Source of the DNA: a candidate division Kazan bacterium RIFCSPHIGHO2_01_FULL_44_14
Lineage (GTDB): Bacteria > Patescibacteriota > Kazan-3B-28
Reading direction: 5' to 3'
Assembly: GCA_001771185.1 (NCBI GenBank)
Contig: METB01000001.1
Location: 94,520 to 158,519, forward strand
Length of the DNA: 64,000 nt
The position numbers were made by a program, and so were the translations under genes. The notes under the pieces are model-generated. The model was not told the DNA's origin, made no database searches, and was given only the letters and a program-made list of their open reading frames with translations. Numbering within the stretch: the first letter of the stretch is position 1; every line of letters begins with the position of its first letter. Shown piece after piece: positions 42,010 through 50,939 of the stretch.

Positions 42010-42564
42010 TTAACTGGGTTGGTACGAGTTTAATATATCACCAACCACCACCCTCCGTCCGCCCCTTACATAACGTAAGCCATTGGGGTGATAGGTGGCC
42101 AACACGGGGTATCCCTCAACCGTCACTACTTTCCCATGGTCTTGTCGTAGATTGATTGGTTTTTGGGTTAGTGCTTCAAACGGTTTCTTACCCAATGCGA
42201 TAATTATTCGAGGACGCACCATCTTTATTTCTTCAAGTAAATATTTACGACAAACCTCGGCAGCGGTTTTGAAGTCCTTGGGATCTTCACTTACGAGCCA
42301 CCTTACCACATTGGTAATATAAACATCGTCTCGCTTTAATCCAGAATCTGCCAAAATAGAATTTAGAATTGAACCACCCATTCCCATAAATGGTCTGCCT
42401 AATTCAGTGTTCAACTTCGTAGGAGATTCTCCGACGAACATCACTTTTGCCCCAATCCTTCCTTCGCTTGGCACCAATCCAACATTACCCGCAACAGCCA
42501 TTATCGCAGGGTCTTTTAGCATTTTAGTGACAATAGTATTGTTTGAGACAAATTGCTTATCCAT
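42010..42564 (-). CDS. Uracil-DNA glycosylase, family 4-like
   Basis: MFVGESP, GRPFMG, YITNVV, TYHP. Confidence 0.85.
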   Translation of the reverse strand: MDKQFVSNNTIVTKMLKDPAIMAVAGNVGLVPSEGRIGAKVMFVGESPTKLNTELGRPFMGMGGSILNSILADSGLKRDDVYITNVVRWLVSEDPKDFKTAAEVCRKYLLEEIKMVRPRIIIALGKKPFEALTQKPINLRQDHGKVVTVEGYPVLATYHPNGLRYVRGGRRVVVGDILNSYQPS

Positions 42565-42622
42565 ATATCTATCTTACCAAGTTCCAATTCCCATCCGTTC
42601 TGCAAAATAAAAAACCCTCGCG

Positions 42623-44314
42623 CTATGGAGCGCGAGGGGGTTCGAATGAATATCCCAGAGAATCAAGGCGAACAGCAAACTGCTCTAATGCTACGAGAAG
42701 GTTTCGTAGATACGACTGAGCAACGGCATCGGTGACTGAAGAAGATATGGAAAACAATAAATTGTCCCAATTATCACCAGTGCACATTGAAGGGTGGCGC
42801 ATGTATGGCACCCAAATCTCAATTCTAAACCCGAAATTCCATGGCCAGCCAGCACTATTAACTTGACTATCACGGATGAGATCGCGTAGCTTTTTTCTCA
42901 GTCGGCAATTTCGAAACAATAGCGACCACAGTCGATAGTCGACGTCGATACACTGCATTAGGCCGTGCAAATATGCTTTGACATACGATAACAGACGAGC
43001 TGTTTCTCGGTGAGCATAATCTCGTCTTTCTCGTTCGGCTACTCGCTTGTCCCGCTCGGCTTGTTCGGCTAGTTGCCTATCCCGCTCGGCTTGTTCGGCT
43101 AGTTGCCTATCCCGCTTGGCTTGTTCTGCCAACTGTTTGTTGTGTTCAACTCGCTCGGCTTGTTCGGCTACTTCTTTGTCTCGTTTGGCTTGCTCGGCGA
43201 TCCGTTTGGTTTTGGCATCCAGTTCGGCTTGCTCAGCAGCTTTTTTTGCTATCGCTTCTTTCTGTGCTAACTTGCGCTGAAGTTTTTGCCGCTTCCAACG
43301 AGCTCGTTTAGCTAAATAGTCCCTCACCGCCTTCTGATAATCGACAAACTCTTTATTAGACGACGAGGGAAAATCGCTGAGTAAAGCAATTGGGATACAT
43401 GCCTCATCAATGTCAATCGCCTTCTGAACTATGCCAAGAACCGTCTTAATCGACTGACCAATCCAAGCACCGTATAGTGCCTGCCCTAGCCAGTAGGTGG
43501 CATTAGTGGCGTCCAGCTTAACGATTATCGACGATATTTGAAACGCTTGCTGAAAATCGCCTAACCGATGACATGCTTGAGCCAGATTAATCAGTCCCCG
43601 CACCCGATGCCCGGTAGTGCGAGCACATTTTGTAGCCAGTTCAAAACTGCGCCTGGCTTCCGACCAGTTGTTGCGAATCAGGTGGATGTGACCCAAGTGG
43701 TAGTAAGCCAAGTAAGCGGTTGTGTCGTGCCTCAACGACTTCAGCAACTGTTTTTCAGCTAATTCGAATTCCTGCTGATAAAACCACAGTAGACCTTGTT
43801 CGATGTGTTGACGAGCGGTATTGGCAAGCGGGTTACGCAACACATCAACTACCTGCCGTCCAATGCTCACTAGCTGTGTCGCTGACCAGTTTAGAGTGAC
43901 TAATTGTTGGTTAGTTTTATCTAACTTGGTACCGATATAGCCTAACTGATTATTGGTTTTGTCCAATTGATGACTAACGTGGTCTAGCCGATTGCCGACA
44001 GCCATCATGGTAAGGTCAAGAAACTGAGCTACTCGATCAAGTTCACGAACAATGTCTTTAGTAGATTGACCGATGGCCAATTCCATTGACCGCCTAAGAC
44101 TGTTGATGGTGTATTCTATTTCTGAGGAAAGGGCGTCGTACAGATCGGATTGAGATTCTAGTTCGGACTGCAGGTTTCCCAACTGCAAACTCAGCGACTG
44201 GCCAAGCGATCGGAGGGCGGAGGTGGTATCCATCGTCCCCCGCTGTACAATGTTTTCCATCCCCCACAGGGGTTCGGTCAACACAAGATCTAGACGAGAG
44301 TGTTCGATGCTCAC
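42623..44314 (-). CDS. Coiled-coil/TPR protein with 10-aa tandem repeats
   Basis: TPR-like AYYHLG; LAEQAERDRQ repeats; AAGGAGGTG RBS. Confidence 0.7.
   Translation of the reverse strand: MSIEHSRLDLVLTEPLWGMENIVQRGTMDTTSALRSLGQSLSLQLGNLQSELESQSDLYDALSSEIEYTINSLRRSMELAIGQSTKDIVRELDRVAQFLDLTMMAVGNRLDHVSHQLDKTNNQLGYIGTKLDKTNQQLVTLNWSATQLVSIGRQVVDVLRNPLANTARQHIEQGLLWFYQQEFELAEKQLLKSLRHDTTAYLAYYHLGHIHLIRNNWSEARRSFELATKCARTTGHRVRGLINLAQACHRLGDFQQAFQISSIIVKLDATNATYWLGQALYGAWIGQSIKTVLGIVQKAIDIDEACIPIALLSDFPSSSNKEFVDYQKAVRDYLAKRARWKRQKLQRKLAQKEAIAKKAAEQAELDAKTKRIAEQAKRDKEVAEQAERVEHNKQLAEQAKRDRQLAEQAERDRQLAEQAERDKRVAERERRDYAHRETARLLSYVKAYLHGLMQCIDVDYRLWSLLFRNCRLRKKLRDLIRDSQVNSAGWPWNFGFRIEIWVPYMRHPSMCTGDNWDNLLFSISSSVTDAVAQSYLRNLLVALEQFAVRLDSLGYSFEPPRAP
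43040..43200. repeat. 30-bp coding tandem repeat
   Basis: CCCGCTCGGCTTGTTCGGCTAGTTGCCTAT twice plus degenerate copies. Confidence 0.85.
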
Positions 44315-44437
44315 AAGGCACCTCCTTTAGAATATAGATTGTCAATTCGGGTTGCCCCGATACAAAAACCAGTCTTAGGATAGCGCTAAAACTATCAGAG
44401 AGTCAAGTAGAAATCTGCTCTGGGAGTGACAAAATAT

Positions 44438-44529
44438 TGGCAGGACAGCTGAATTCCGGTTATTCCTAAGGAGTAAAAATGGAGGGTTTTGGGTAGGTCA
44501 TCTGCCACTTAGGTTCATTATAGAACCTA
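44438..44529 (+). repeat. att-like junction, long (92-bp) family
   Basis: TGGCAGGACAG...AAGGAGTAAAAA...TTGGGTAGGTC.TCTG.CACTT.GGTTCATTATAGAACCTA. Confidence 0.85.
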
Positions 44530-44539
44530 CGCAATAAAA

Positions 44540-44863
44540 CTATACATTACCTATTAGAGCGAACTGGAAAAAGTATCGATTCAAAGATACCCATTCCGGA
44601 CTATCCGCAGTGGTTTGGCTTTGCCATGTCTGAACCAAAACTTCTCTGGCTCTGGCAATTTCTCGTAGGCGAGACCCATCAGTTTGGCTTTGCAGGGTTA
44701 AATCAATTAGTTCAAGCATTCGTTCAAAGGCCCGTTCGGCGATGGCATCGTCTTTACCTCGCCACTTGAGCATTCGGCTGACTTCACTACCAACATTGCC
44801 TAACTGTTGAGGTAGAGTTAGTTTAGACCAACTTTGGATTAGAGCATCTGAATGATGGTTCAT
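44540..44863 (-). CDS. Small helical hypothetical protein
   Basis: QQLGNVGSEVSR, LREIARARE; ATGA-coupled to the upstream gene. Confidence 0.75.
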   Translation of the reverse strand: MNHHSDALIQSWSKLTLPQQLGNVGSEVSRMLKWRGKDDAIAERAFERMLELIDLTLQSQTDGSRLREIARAREVLVQTWQSQTTADSPEWVSLNRYFFQFALIGNV

Positions 44864-45204
44864 ATAATCAATTGTTTTACGATATTGATAATTTTTTCTT
44901 TTGTCTCTGTATCATCAACTCCACGGGAACGATTGTTTTGTGAAGGACGAATATTAATCATGGAATCGAATTCTATCCAGTCATCAGTTTGGATATCTGG
45001 ATAGAGATTAATACCCCAAAGATTGGTTTGAATGGAGCCCTGTTCTAATAATAAAGCCTCTTCATCGGCATGGAGTTCTCCACCGACCGCCATAATACCT
45101 TGCTCAATATCAACCACGCACTTAACTAAATCACCAAATCGTTCTTTGGCGATTTCCGTAAGTTCGGTTCGAGAAATAGGTTGAGTAATAATTCTGATAT
45201 TCAT
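44860..45204 (-). CDS. DUF5674-family protein
   Basis: VKCVVD, GGELHAD.E..LL, WGINLYP, SMINIRP. Confidence 0.8.
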   Translation of the reverse strand: MNIRIITQPISRTELTEIAKERFGDLVKCVVDIEQGIMAVGGELHADEEALLLEQGSIQTNLWGINLYPDIQTDDWIEFDSMINIRPSQNNRSRGVDDTETKEKIINIVKQLII

Positions 45205-45240
45205 AAACTGGTTAAAGATTGATTATAGATAATTCTCGGA

Positions 45241-45332
45241 TGGCAGGGCAGACGGGTTGAGATTACGCGCCCAAGGAGATAAATTAAGGTTTTGAAAGGG
45301 TCTTTAGGGGGACGGGTTCATTATAGGACCCA
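45241..45332 (+). repeat. att-like junction, long family
   Basis: TGGCAGGGCAGACGGGTT...CCAAGGAG...GGGTTCATTATAGGACCCA. Confidence 0.75.
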
Positions 45333-45409
45333 CAGGGATAAATCTAAGCGCTACTTGACTGTTTACCGTATAGCGTGTAGAGTACAAGTATACACATGAT
45401 AAATACCTC

Positions 45410-45940
45410 CTATGGGTTCTGTCCCTGGGCGGTATTTTTCGTTTTAGAGCCATCCCCTATTTTCCGGGTAAGATTGTCCATATAGATAATCTTCTCCTTG
45501 GCCGTTTGTTTTAACAATGACGAGCAGGTCTTTTTGTATGGGCTTAAGACGGCTCGAAGTTTGTGGTTGTCGTAGAGATGTCGCACGAGAGAATAGAAAT
45601 CACCGTCGCTGGTAATAATCACGGCTTGGTCATATTTGTCGTAGTCCAGCATGGCTTGGAGCACTAAATCGGCGTCGACATTCCCCTTAATATTGCCGTC
45701 TCCGTCTGGGATAGTCGGCTTGAATTTCACTACAAATCCGGCTTTTTGGAAAAGATCATAGAGGTCATTATGCTTAGCAACATAGCCAATGAATAAGTAG
45801 GCAATATCAACTCCATACTTTTCAGCTAAGTAGCGACGAAATCTAACCCAATCAATCTTCCAACCCAATGACTCGATGCCCCGATAGACATTTTGACTAT
45901 CGATAAAGGCGTAGTGATTTTGTGGTAGTTTTCCGTGCAT
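45410..45940 (-). CDS. NYN (LabA/PIN-like) domain protein
   Basis: FIDSQN, KGNVDADL, TSDGDF. Confidence 0.9.
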   Translation of the reverse strand: MHGKLPQNHYAFIDSQNVYRGIESLGWKIDWVRFRRYLAEKYGVDIAYLFIGYVAKHNDLYDLFQKAGFVVKFKPTIPDGDGNIKGNVDADLVLQAMLDYDKYDQAVIITSDGDFYSLVRHLYDNHKLRAVLSPYKKTCSSLLKQTAKEKIIYMDNLTRKIGDGSKTKNTAQGQNP

Positions 45941-45996
45941 ATTTTAATAATACCCTACTCTAAGAGAGATAGGGTGGGAACGGAGTTCCAAATTAG

Positions 45997-46320
45997 TTAC
46001 ACAGATATCTTTTCACCGATATTATCAAAAACCGTCACATCTCCCTTGTCATACTCGCCCATTTCAAATCCGTCGTATTCAAAATGGTCGCCATCTTGAT
46101 AAAAATACAGGGCTGTTTTTAAATCCAATACTAAGATAAATCCGCGCTTGGTGCCAGCTGTCGGGTATAAATCTATTCTATGGGTATCACCAAAAATCTC
46201 ATGCGCTTTATCAAATACCGGATTAGCAACACCAAGTTCTTTGGCAAACAACCTAAAGGCAGCCCATGGCCAAAGTTTTAGTAATAATTTACGGTGCCAA
46301 GAAATTTTTCTGTTAGCCAT
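45997..46320 (-). CDS. Hypothetical protein
   Basis: 107-aa ORF starting 22 nt after a junction. Confidence 0.7.
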   Translation of the reverse strand: MANRKISWHRKLLLKLWPWAAFRLFAKELGVANPVFDKAHEIFGDTHRIDLYPTAGTKRGFILVLDLKTALYFYQDGDHFEYDGFEMGEYDKGDVTVFDNIGEKISV

Positions 46321-46342
46321 AAATCGATATTCTATTCTTTGC

Positions 46343-46371
46343 TGGCAGACCGTGGTGGAGGAAGTCAGGAC
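46343..46371 (+). repeat. att-like junction, short family, uninterrupted
   Basis: TGGCAGACCGTGGTGGAGGAAGTCAGGAC. Confidence 0.85.
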
Positions 46372-46390
46372 ACAGATGATAATATCCTAC

Positions 46391-47788
46391 TCAGACGGGC
46401 TGGGCCAAATTGTGTCTTTTCTGTCTAGATAAAACAATGGCATTCACTACCCAGAAAGCTACAAAACTAACAACCACTGCTGGAATAAAAGCTTCCACTG
46501 GACTGATCCAGAGAAAAGCAACTAATGTGATTGTGCCCAAGACGATACTCCAAAGTGCTGCTTGCGAAGTAGCCTTTTTCCAATAAAAGCCAAAAACAAT
46601 TGTGGGTATTAACACCGCCACAAAACTTACAGCCTCGATAGCAAGATGCGCTAAGCTAAAGATAGCAATTGCCACAATTACGGCGATTGCTCCCACAATA
46701 AATGTAGTCCAACGGCTCAAGTGTAAGGTCTGAGCTTCGGTTAATTTTTTACCAAATGTTTCTTGTGTTAAATCATGCACTATGGTCATGCTCATAATCA
46801 AAAGCATCGTATCCGCTGAAGACATAATAGCAGCAAAGAAACCAGCCAGCACCACGCCAAACATTACTGGTGAAAGGAATGAATTAAGCAGCTGCGGAAC
46901 CACCATATTGGCTTCTATGCCAGGCAATAATATATGCCCGTAGATTCCAAGCAGGGTTCCCATAATGATGAAGGCAAAGGTTACAAAAGCACCTACTGTC
47001 ATTGCCCATTTTACATTCTTGGCCGTATCTCCAGCGTAGGTTCTTTGCCATATATCAGAGCTCGTGATATTGGTTGCACCTAAAAACAGGAAGCCAAAAA
47101 CAAAAACATACCATGGCGCGAATTCACTACCGCCTAAGAACGAAGCTGGCAGGTTAGTAATAGCTTGAAAACCGCCTCCTTGCGCAATCAGCATGGGGAG
47201 AAATATAGCCAAAAGACCCAGCATAACGATGAACTGAAATATGTCTGTGCGGATATCAGCCCTCAGCCCTCCTATTGTCGTGTAAAGCACTACAATGCCG
47301 CCTCCAATTGCAGTCGCCCAGATGGGGTCAAGTCCACCCACGGCGGCGACAAAGACGCCTAACCCTAGAATCTGGAGAGCTAGCCATAACGCGTAGGTAA
47401 TTAAGTTGACTACCATACCAGCTACTTGAACTGCCTTTGAGTAACGATGTTTCAAGAAGTCGGGAAGGGTGAAGGCCCCATGTGTATCACCGAACTCTTT
47501 AATTTTTGGTGCGAAGAACCTGGCATATATCAAAAAATATACAAACATCGAGCTCAGCAGAAACAATGTTGCTAACCCACCACCTGAATATGCGATGCTG
47601 GCATTGGACAAAAGAGCGCCTACCCCAATAAAGCTAGACACCAGGGTTGCAACCAATACAAACTTATTTGTCTTCCGAGAGTTAACCCAATAATCTGCTA
47701 AGCCGACTTTTTTACGATCCCATACACCGATTAAGAAGATAATCAGGAAAAAGATACCGACAATCCAAATTGCTGTTGAGTTTATCAT
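46391..47788 (-). CDS. Sodium:solute symporter (SSS family)
   Basis: Multi-TM; GGLRADIRTD, AAIMSSAD; start revised to MINST. Confidence 0.9.
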   Translation of the reverse strand: MINSTAIWIVGIFFLIIFLIGVWDRKKVGLADYWVNSRKTNKFVLVATLVSSFIGVGALLSNASIAYSGGGLATLFLLSSMFVYFLIYARFFAPKIKEFGDTHGAFTLPDFLKHRYSKAVQVAGMVVNLITYALWLALQILGLGVFVAAVGGLDPIWATAIGGGIVVLYTTIGGLRADIRTDIFQFIVMLGLLAIFLPMLIAQGGGFQAITNLPASFLGGSEFAPWYVFVFGFLFLGATNITSSDIWQRTYAGDTAKNVKWAMTVGAFVTFAFIIMGTLLGIYGHILLPGIEANMVVPQLLNSFLSPVMFGVVLAGFFAAIMSSADTMLLIMSMTIVHDLTQETFGKKLTEAQTLHLSRWTTFIVGAIAVIVAIAIFSLAHLAIEAVSFVAVLIPTIVFGFYWKKATSQAALWSIVLGTITLVAFLWISPVEAFIPAVVVSFVAFWVVNAIVLSRQKRHNLAQPV

Positions 47789-47829
47789 ATATTGATTATA
47801 ACAAAGCTTATCACGATGTATATGGAATT

Positions 47830-47839
47830 TGGCAGGGGC
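47830..47839 (+). repeat. 10-bp exact copy of the tRNA-Trp 3' end
   Basis: TGGCAGGGGC identical to 52305-52314; intergenic, just upstream of the SSS gene. Confidence 0.6.
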
Positions 47840-47921
47840 CATCCTACGCTCTAATGAGCTACGGAATGACAATTCCCTACAACCGTTCCATAGTTCTGCC
47901 AAATGGCAGAACGACGGACGG

Positions 47922-48014
47922 TGGCAGGACAGACGGGTTCAGACCCTCCCCCCAAGGAGTAAAAACGAGGATATTGGGTAGGTCGTCTGGCACTTGGGTT
48001 CATTATAGAACCTA
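47922..48014 (+). repeat. att-like junction, long family
   Basis: TGGCAGGACAGACGGGTT...AAGGAGTAAAAA...GGGTTCATTATAGAACCTA. Confidence 0.85.
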
Positions 48015-48127
48015 AGGAGAAAATGAGACAAATGAGACATCCCATGAAAAGACCTCGATGTCTTATTTTAGGGATTACCCTGCTGTATCTAGGTCTTCCA
48101 TGAACCGTGGGTTAAGATAGTAGTAGG

Positions 48128-49762
48128 ATGAAGTTCATGGTCGATGAGAGTGTGCAGAAGTTAAGAGGGGGGTATTATACACCCCTAGATTTAGCAACTT
48201 TTCTTGCCAAATGGGTTAACGGAGTTAATCCCGAGAAGGTTTTAGAGCCTAGCTGTGGAGATGGGGTATTTTTTAGTGCTTTTGCGCATATTGGCGGATT
48301 AGCACAAGGGCGTATAACTGGGTTTGAGCTTGATCCACGTGAAGCCATCAAGGCTCGCACCAAAGCAACGCAATGTAAGGTGCGAGCTAAGATTCACCAA
48401 GAAGATTTTTTGGGTTGGGCCAAAAACAAGCTCGGAGATGGAGCTGTGTCATTTGATGCAGTAGTGGGCAATCCACCCTTTATTAGGTACCAATATCTCC
48501 CTCCAGAATTTCAGAGTCAAGCCGAGGCAATCTTCCGGACACTGGGTCTACCTTTCACAAAACACACCAATGCATGGGTTCCTTTTGTCCTTGCATCTAT
48601 TGCTCTACTAAGACCGGGAGGGCGTCTTGCTATGGTCGTACCAGCTGAAATTATTCATATCCCCCACGCTCAAGCACTGAGGACGTATTTGGGAAAAAGT
48701 TGTAGACGTATAGTAATTGTTGACCCAGAAGAAATGTGGTTTGATGAAACGCTACAAGGTACCGTTTTGTTGCTTGCCGAAAAACTGCATGATAGTTCAG
48801 ATCATCCTCATGGATTAGGAATTTATCCTGTCAAAGGGAGAGAGTTTCTATTACTGGATCCCGAGACTGTATTCATGTCACCAAAAGCCATAAATGGTAA
48901 AACTATCGAGGGTAAATGGACTAGAGCATTATTAGACTCTTCGACGCTGGCCTTGATAGATAAGCTAACGAGACACCCAAATGTTCATGTTTTTAAAGAC
49001 ATAGCGGACGTAGATGTTGGGATAGTCACGGGTGCTAATGATTATTTTTTGGTATCAGAAAAAACGGTTAAGCAGTTCCACTTGTCTCCTTGGGCTCATC
49101 CCATGTTCGGCCGTAGCCAGCAATGTCCGGGCATTATATTTGATAAGACCCAGCATCAAGCCAATATTAAAGGAGATAAACCAGCCTACTTTATTTGGTT
49201 CTCAAAAGATGAGAGGTTACAAGATTCTAACGCTCTGGCGTATATACAGCATGGGGAAAAACAGAATTTTCATATTCGATATAAATGTCGCGTTAGAGCT
49301 CCTTGGTATTCTGTTACTTCTGTTTATGCAACCGAGATTGGCATGTTAAAAAGGGCACATAATTTACCTCGTCTTGTACTCAATAAGATGGGCGCTTTTA
49401 CTACCGACACGGCATATAGGATTAATAGCCAGATTCCTGCTAAACAGCTGGTCGGTAGTTTCATTAATTCGCTCACGGCTCTGAGTGCAGAATTAGAAGG
49501 TCGTCATTACGGTGGTGGTGTTCTAGAATTGGTTCCCTCTGAAATTGAACACCTATTGTTGCCTATACCTGACGACACTGTATTCGACTTAGGAGAACTA
49601 GACGATCTTGTACGCACGGCAGATACTGAGCTGATATTGCGCAAACAAGACACAAGGATATTAACTCCGCTTGGTATTTCGGAGGCTGAACGACTTAAAC
49701 TTTTAACTGGTTGGAAAAAATTGCGGAATAGGCGTCAACGCATATCGCAACTGGAAGATTAG
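48128..49762 (+). CDS. N6-adenine DNA methyltransferase (type II RM)
   Basis: GGYYTP, LEPSCGDG, GNPPF, GIVTG. Confidence 0.92.
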   Translation: MKFMVDESVQKLRGGYYTPLDLATFLAKWVNGVNPEKVLEPSCGDGVFFSAFAHIGGLAQGRITGFELDPREAIKARTKATQCKVRAKIHQEDFLGWAKNKLGDGAVSFDAVVGNPPFIRYQYLPPEFQSQAEAIFRTLGLPFTKHTNAWVPFVLASIALLRPGGRLAMVVPAEIIHIPHAQALRTYLGKSCRRIVIVDPEEMWFDETLQGTVLLLAEKLHDSSDHPHGLGIYPVKGREFLLLDPETVFMSPKAINGKTIEGKWTRALLDSSTLALIDKLTRHPNVHVFKDIADVDVGIVTGANDYFLVSEKTVKQFHLSPWAHPMFGRSQQCPGIIFDKTQHQANIKGDKPAYFIWFSKDERLQDSNALAYIQHGEKQNFHIRYKCRVRAPWYSVTSVYATEIGMLKRAHNLPRLVLNKMGAFTTDTAYRINSQIPAKQLVGSFINSLTALSAELEGRHYGGGVLELVPSEIEHLLLPIPDDTVFDLGELDDLVRTADTELILRKQDTRILTPLGISEAERLKLLTGWKKLRNRRQRISQLED

Positions 49763-50904
49763 TCAATCTCGAGCACAAATCTATTCGAATCATTCATATC
49801 TCTGTATAGCGAGAGTGTACGTCCAATTAGATTTGTGCGAGCTATATATTCCGAAAACGGCCCCCAGCTGAGACGGGTCATTGCGTTTCTTTGTCTGTAG
49901 GTTGTACTTGTAGTGTCGGTGCTGTGATGAATATCCAGAGCAAGCTCACCACAGTACACGCCCTTTATTATAAGTTGAAATGTCGCGCTGGATTCTTCTA
50001 CATTACCAGTTGGACTAGGTGTCCATATCAGGTGGCTAAACACAACATCTCTAAAATAATGTCTGTGATCTATGTGGGTATCGAGAAGACCCTTGTCCAG
50101 GTTAATAGAGCCCGTACGATGTGTTTGTGCCGCTTGGGGAATATTAAGATCTCTTTCGGTGAGAGGCTTACTATCCCAGACTAGTTCAAGATTTGATGCA
50201 GGTTGGACAGGAACGTTCTCTATATTTTGATTCTGTGGGATTATTGTAGCTGCAACTATTTCTCTACGGAGGGGGGTAGTTCTGAGTTGTATACGTGTTA
50301 TAGTATCGTCGACAGACCTTGCTGTTACAGGGTGAGGTGAGGAGGTTTTTGATTCATCAAGTAGCCGACCACTTGATTGTAGATGAGCCAGTTCTTCTTT
50401 GGTGTTAACTAAAAAAATATGCTCTGGGTCGCAAGTCATTAAGTCAAGGAGTTGATCTTGGACATTCAAAACTATGTCATGATCTGCAGTAATATTCAAA
50501 TCTAATGTGAGTGCCAAACTAGACTCTATGTTATTATTCAGACCACCGATAGTGAGATTAGCACTTCCTATCACCATCCTTGCTTCGTTGGGACCTTTGG
50601 CAAAGTAGAGTTTGGGGTGAAAAATAACAGTGCGGGCCCCCGTATCTACCACATAGAGGGTCACTCCCAAATCAATTAATCTTTCTAGACCTTGTAGGGA
50701 AGTTATATCGTTGCGTATACCCACAAAGAACTTTGCCCTGTCTACGAACGGACGCAGAGCTTCTTCAATAAGGCGAACTCCGTCATTATTCACAAAGGCA
50801 ATACTGAAAATAATCTCTTCTATTTCAGGAGTTTCTAGCACTGTTTTTACTGCTTGAACATGGGTATCCGCAGTAAAACCTTGGAGGATAAAACGTGTGG
50901 GCAT
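49759..50904 (-). CDS. Phospholipase-D-family restriction endonuclease
   Basis: FHPKLY...GSANLT..N.E motif; convergent with and overlapping the MTase. Confidence 0.85.
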   Translation of the reverse strand: MPTRFILQGFTADTHVQAVKTVLETPEIEEIIFSIAFVNNDGVRLIEEALRPFVDRAKFFVGIRNDITSLQGLERLIDLGVTLYVVDTGARTVIFHPKLYFAKGPNEARMVIGSANLTIGGLNNNIESSLALTLDLNITADHDIVLNVQDQLLDLMTCDPEHIFLVNTKEELAHLQSSGRLLDESKTSSPHPVTARSVDDTITRIQLRTTPLRREIVAATIIPQNQNIENVPVQPASNLELVWDSKPLTERDLNIPQAAQTHRTGSINLDKGLLDTHIDHRHYFRDVVFSHLIWTPSPTGNVEESSATFQLIIKGVYCGELALDIHHSTDTTSTTYRQRNAMTRLSWGPFSEYIARTNLIGRTLSLYRDMNDSNRFVLEID

Positions 50905-50939
50905 TTTTACTTGTGTAGAAACTATATATCTTGGCTGGC

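Noticed and set aside
46148-46432. ORF containing WQTVVEEVRT
   Set aside because: Antisense to real genes; the peptide only reflects the junction sequence.
47789-47902. N-terminal extension of the SSS ORF in the track
   Set aside because: Crosses a junction and a TATAAT box; the hydrophobic domain starts at MINST.
40844-48014. CRISPR array or classical integron interpretation of the junction repeats
   Set aside because: Spacers are gene-sized, there are no cas or intI genes, and no attC RYYYAAC/GTTRRRY ends were recognised.
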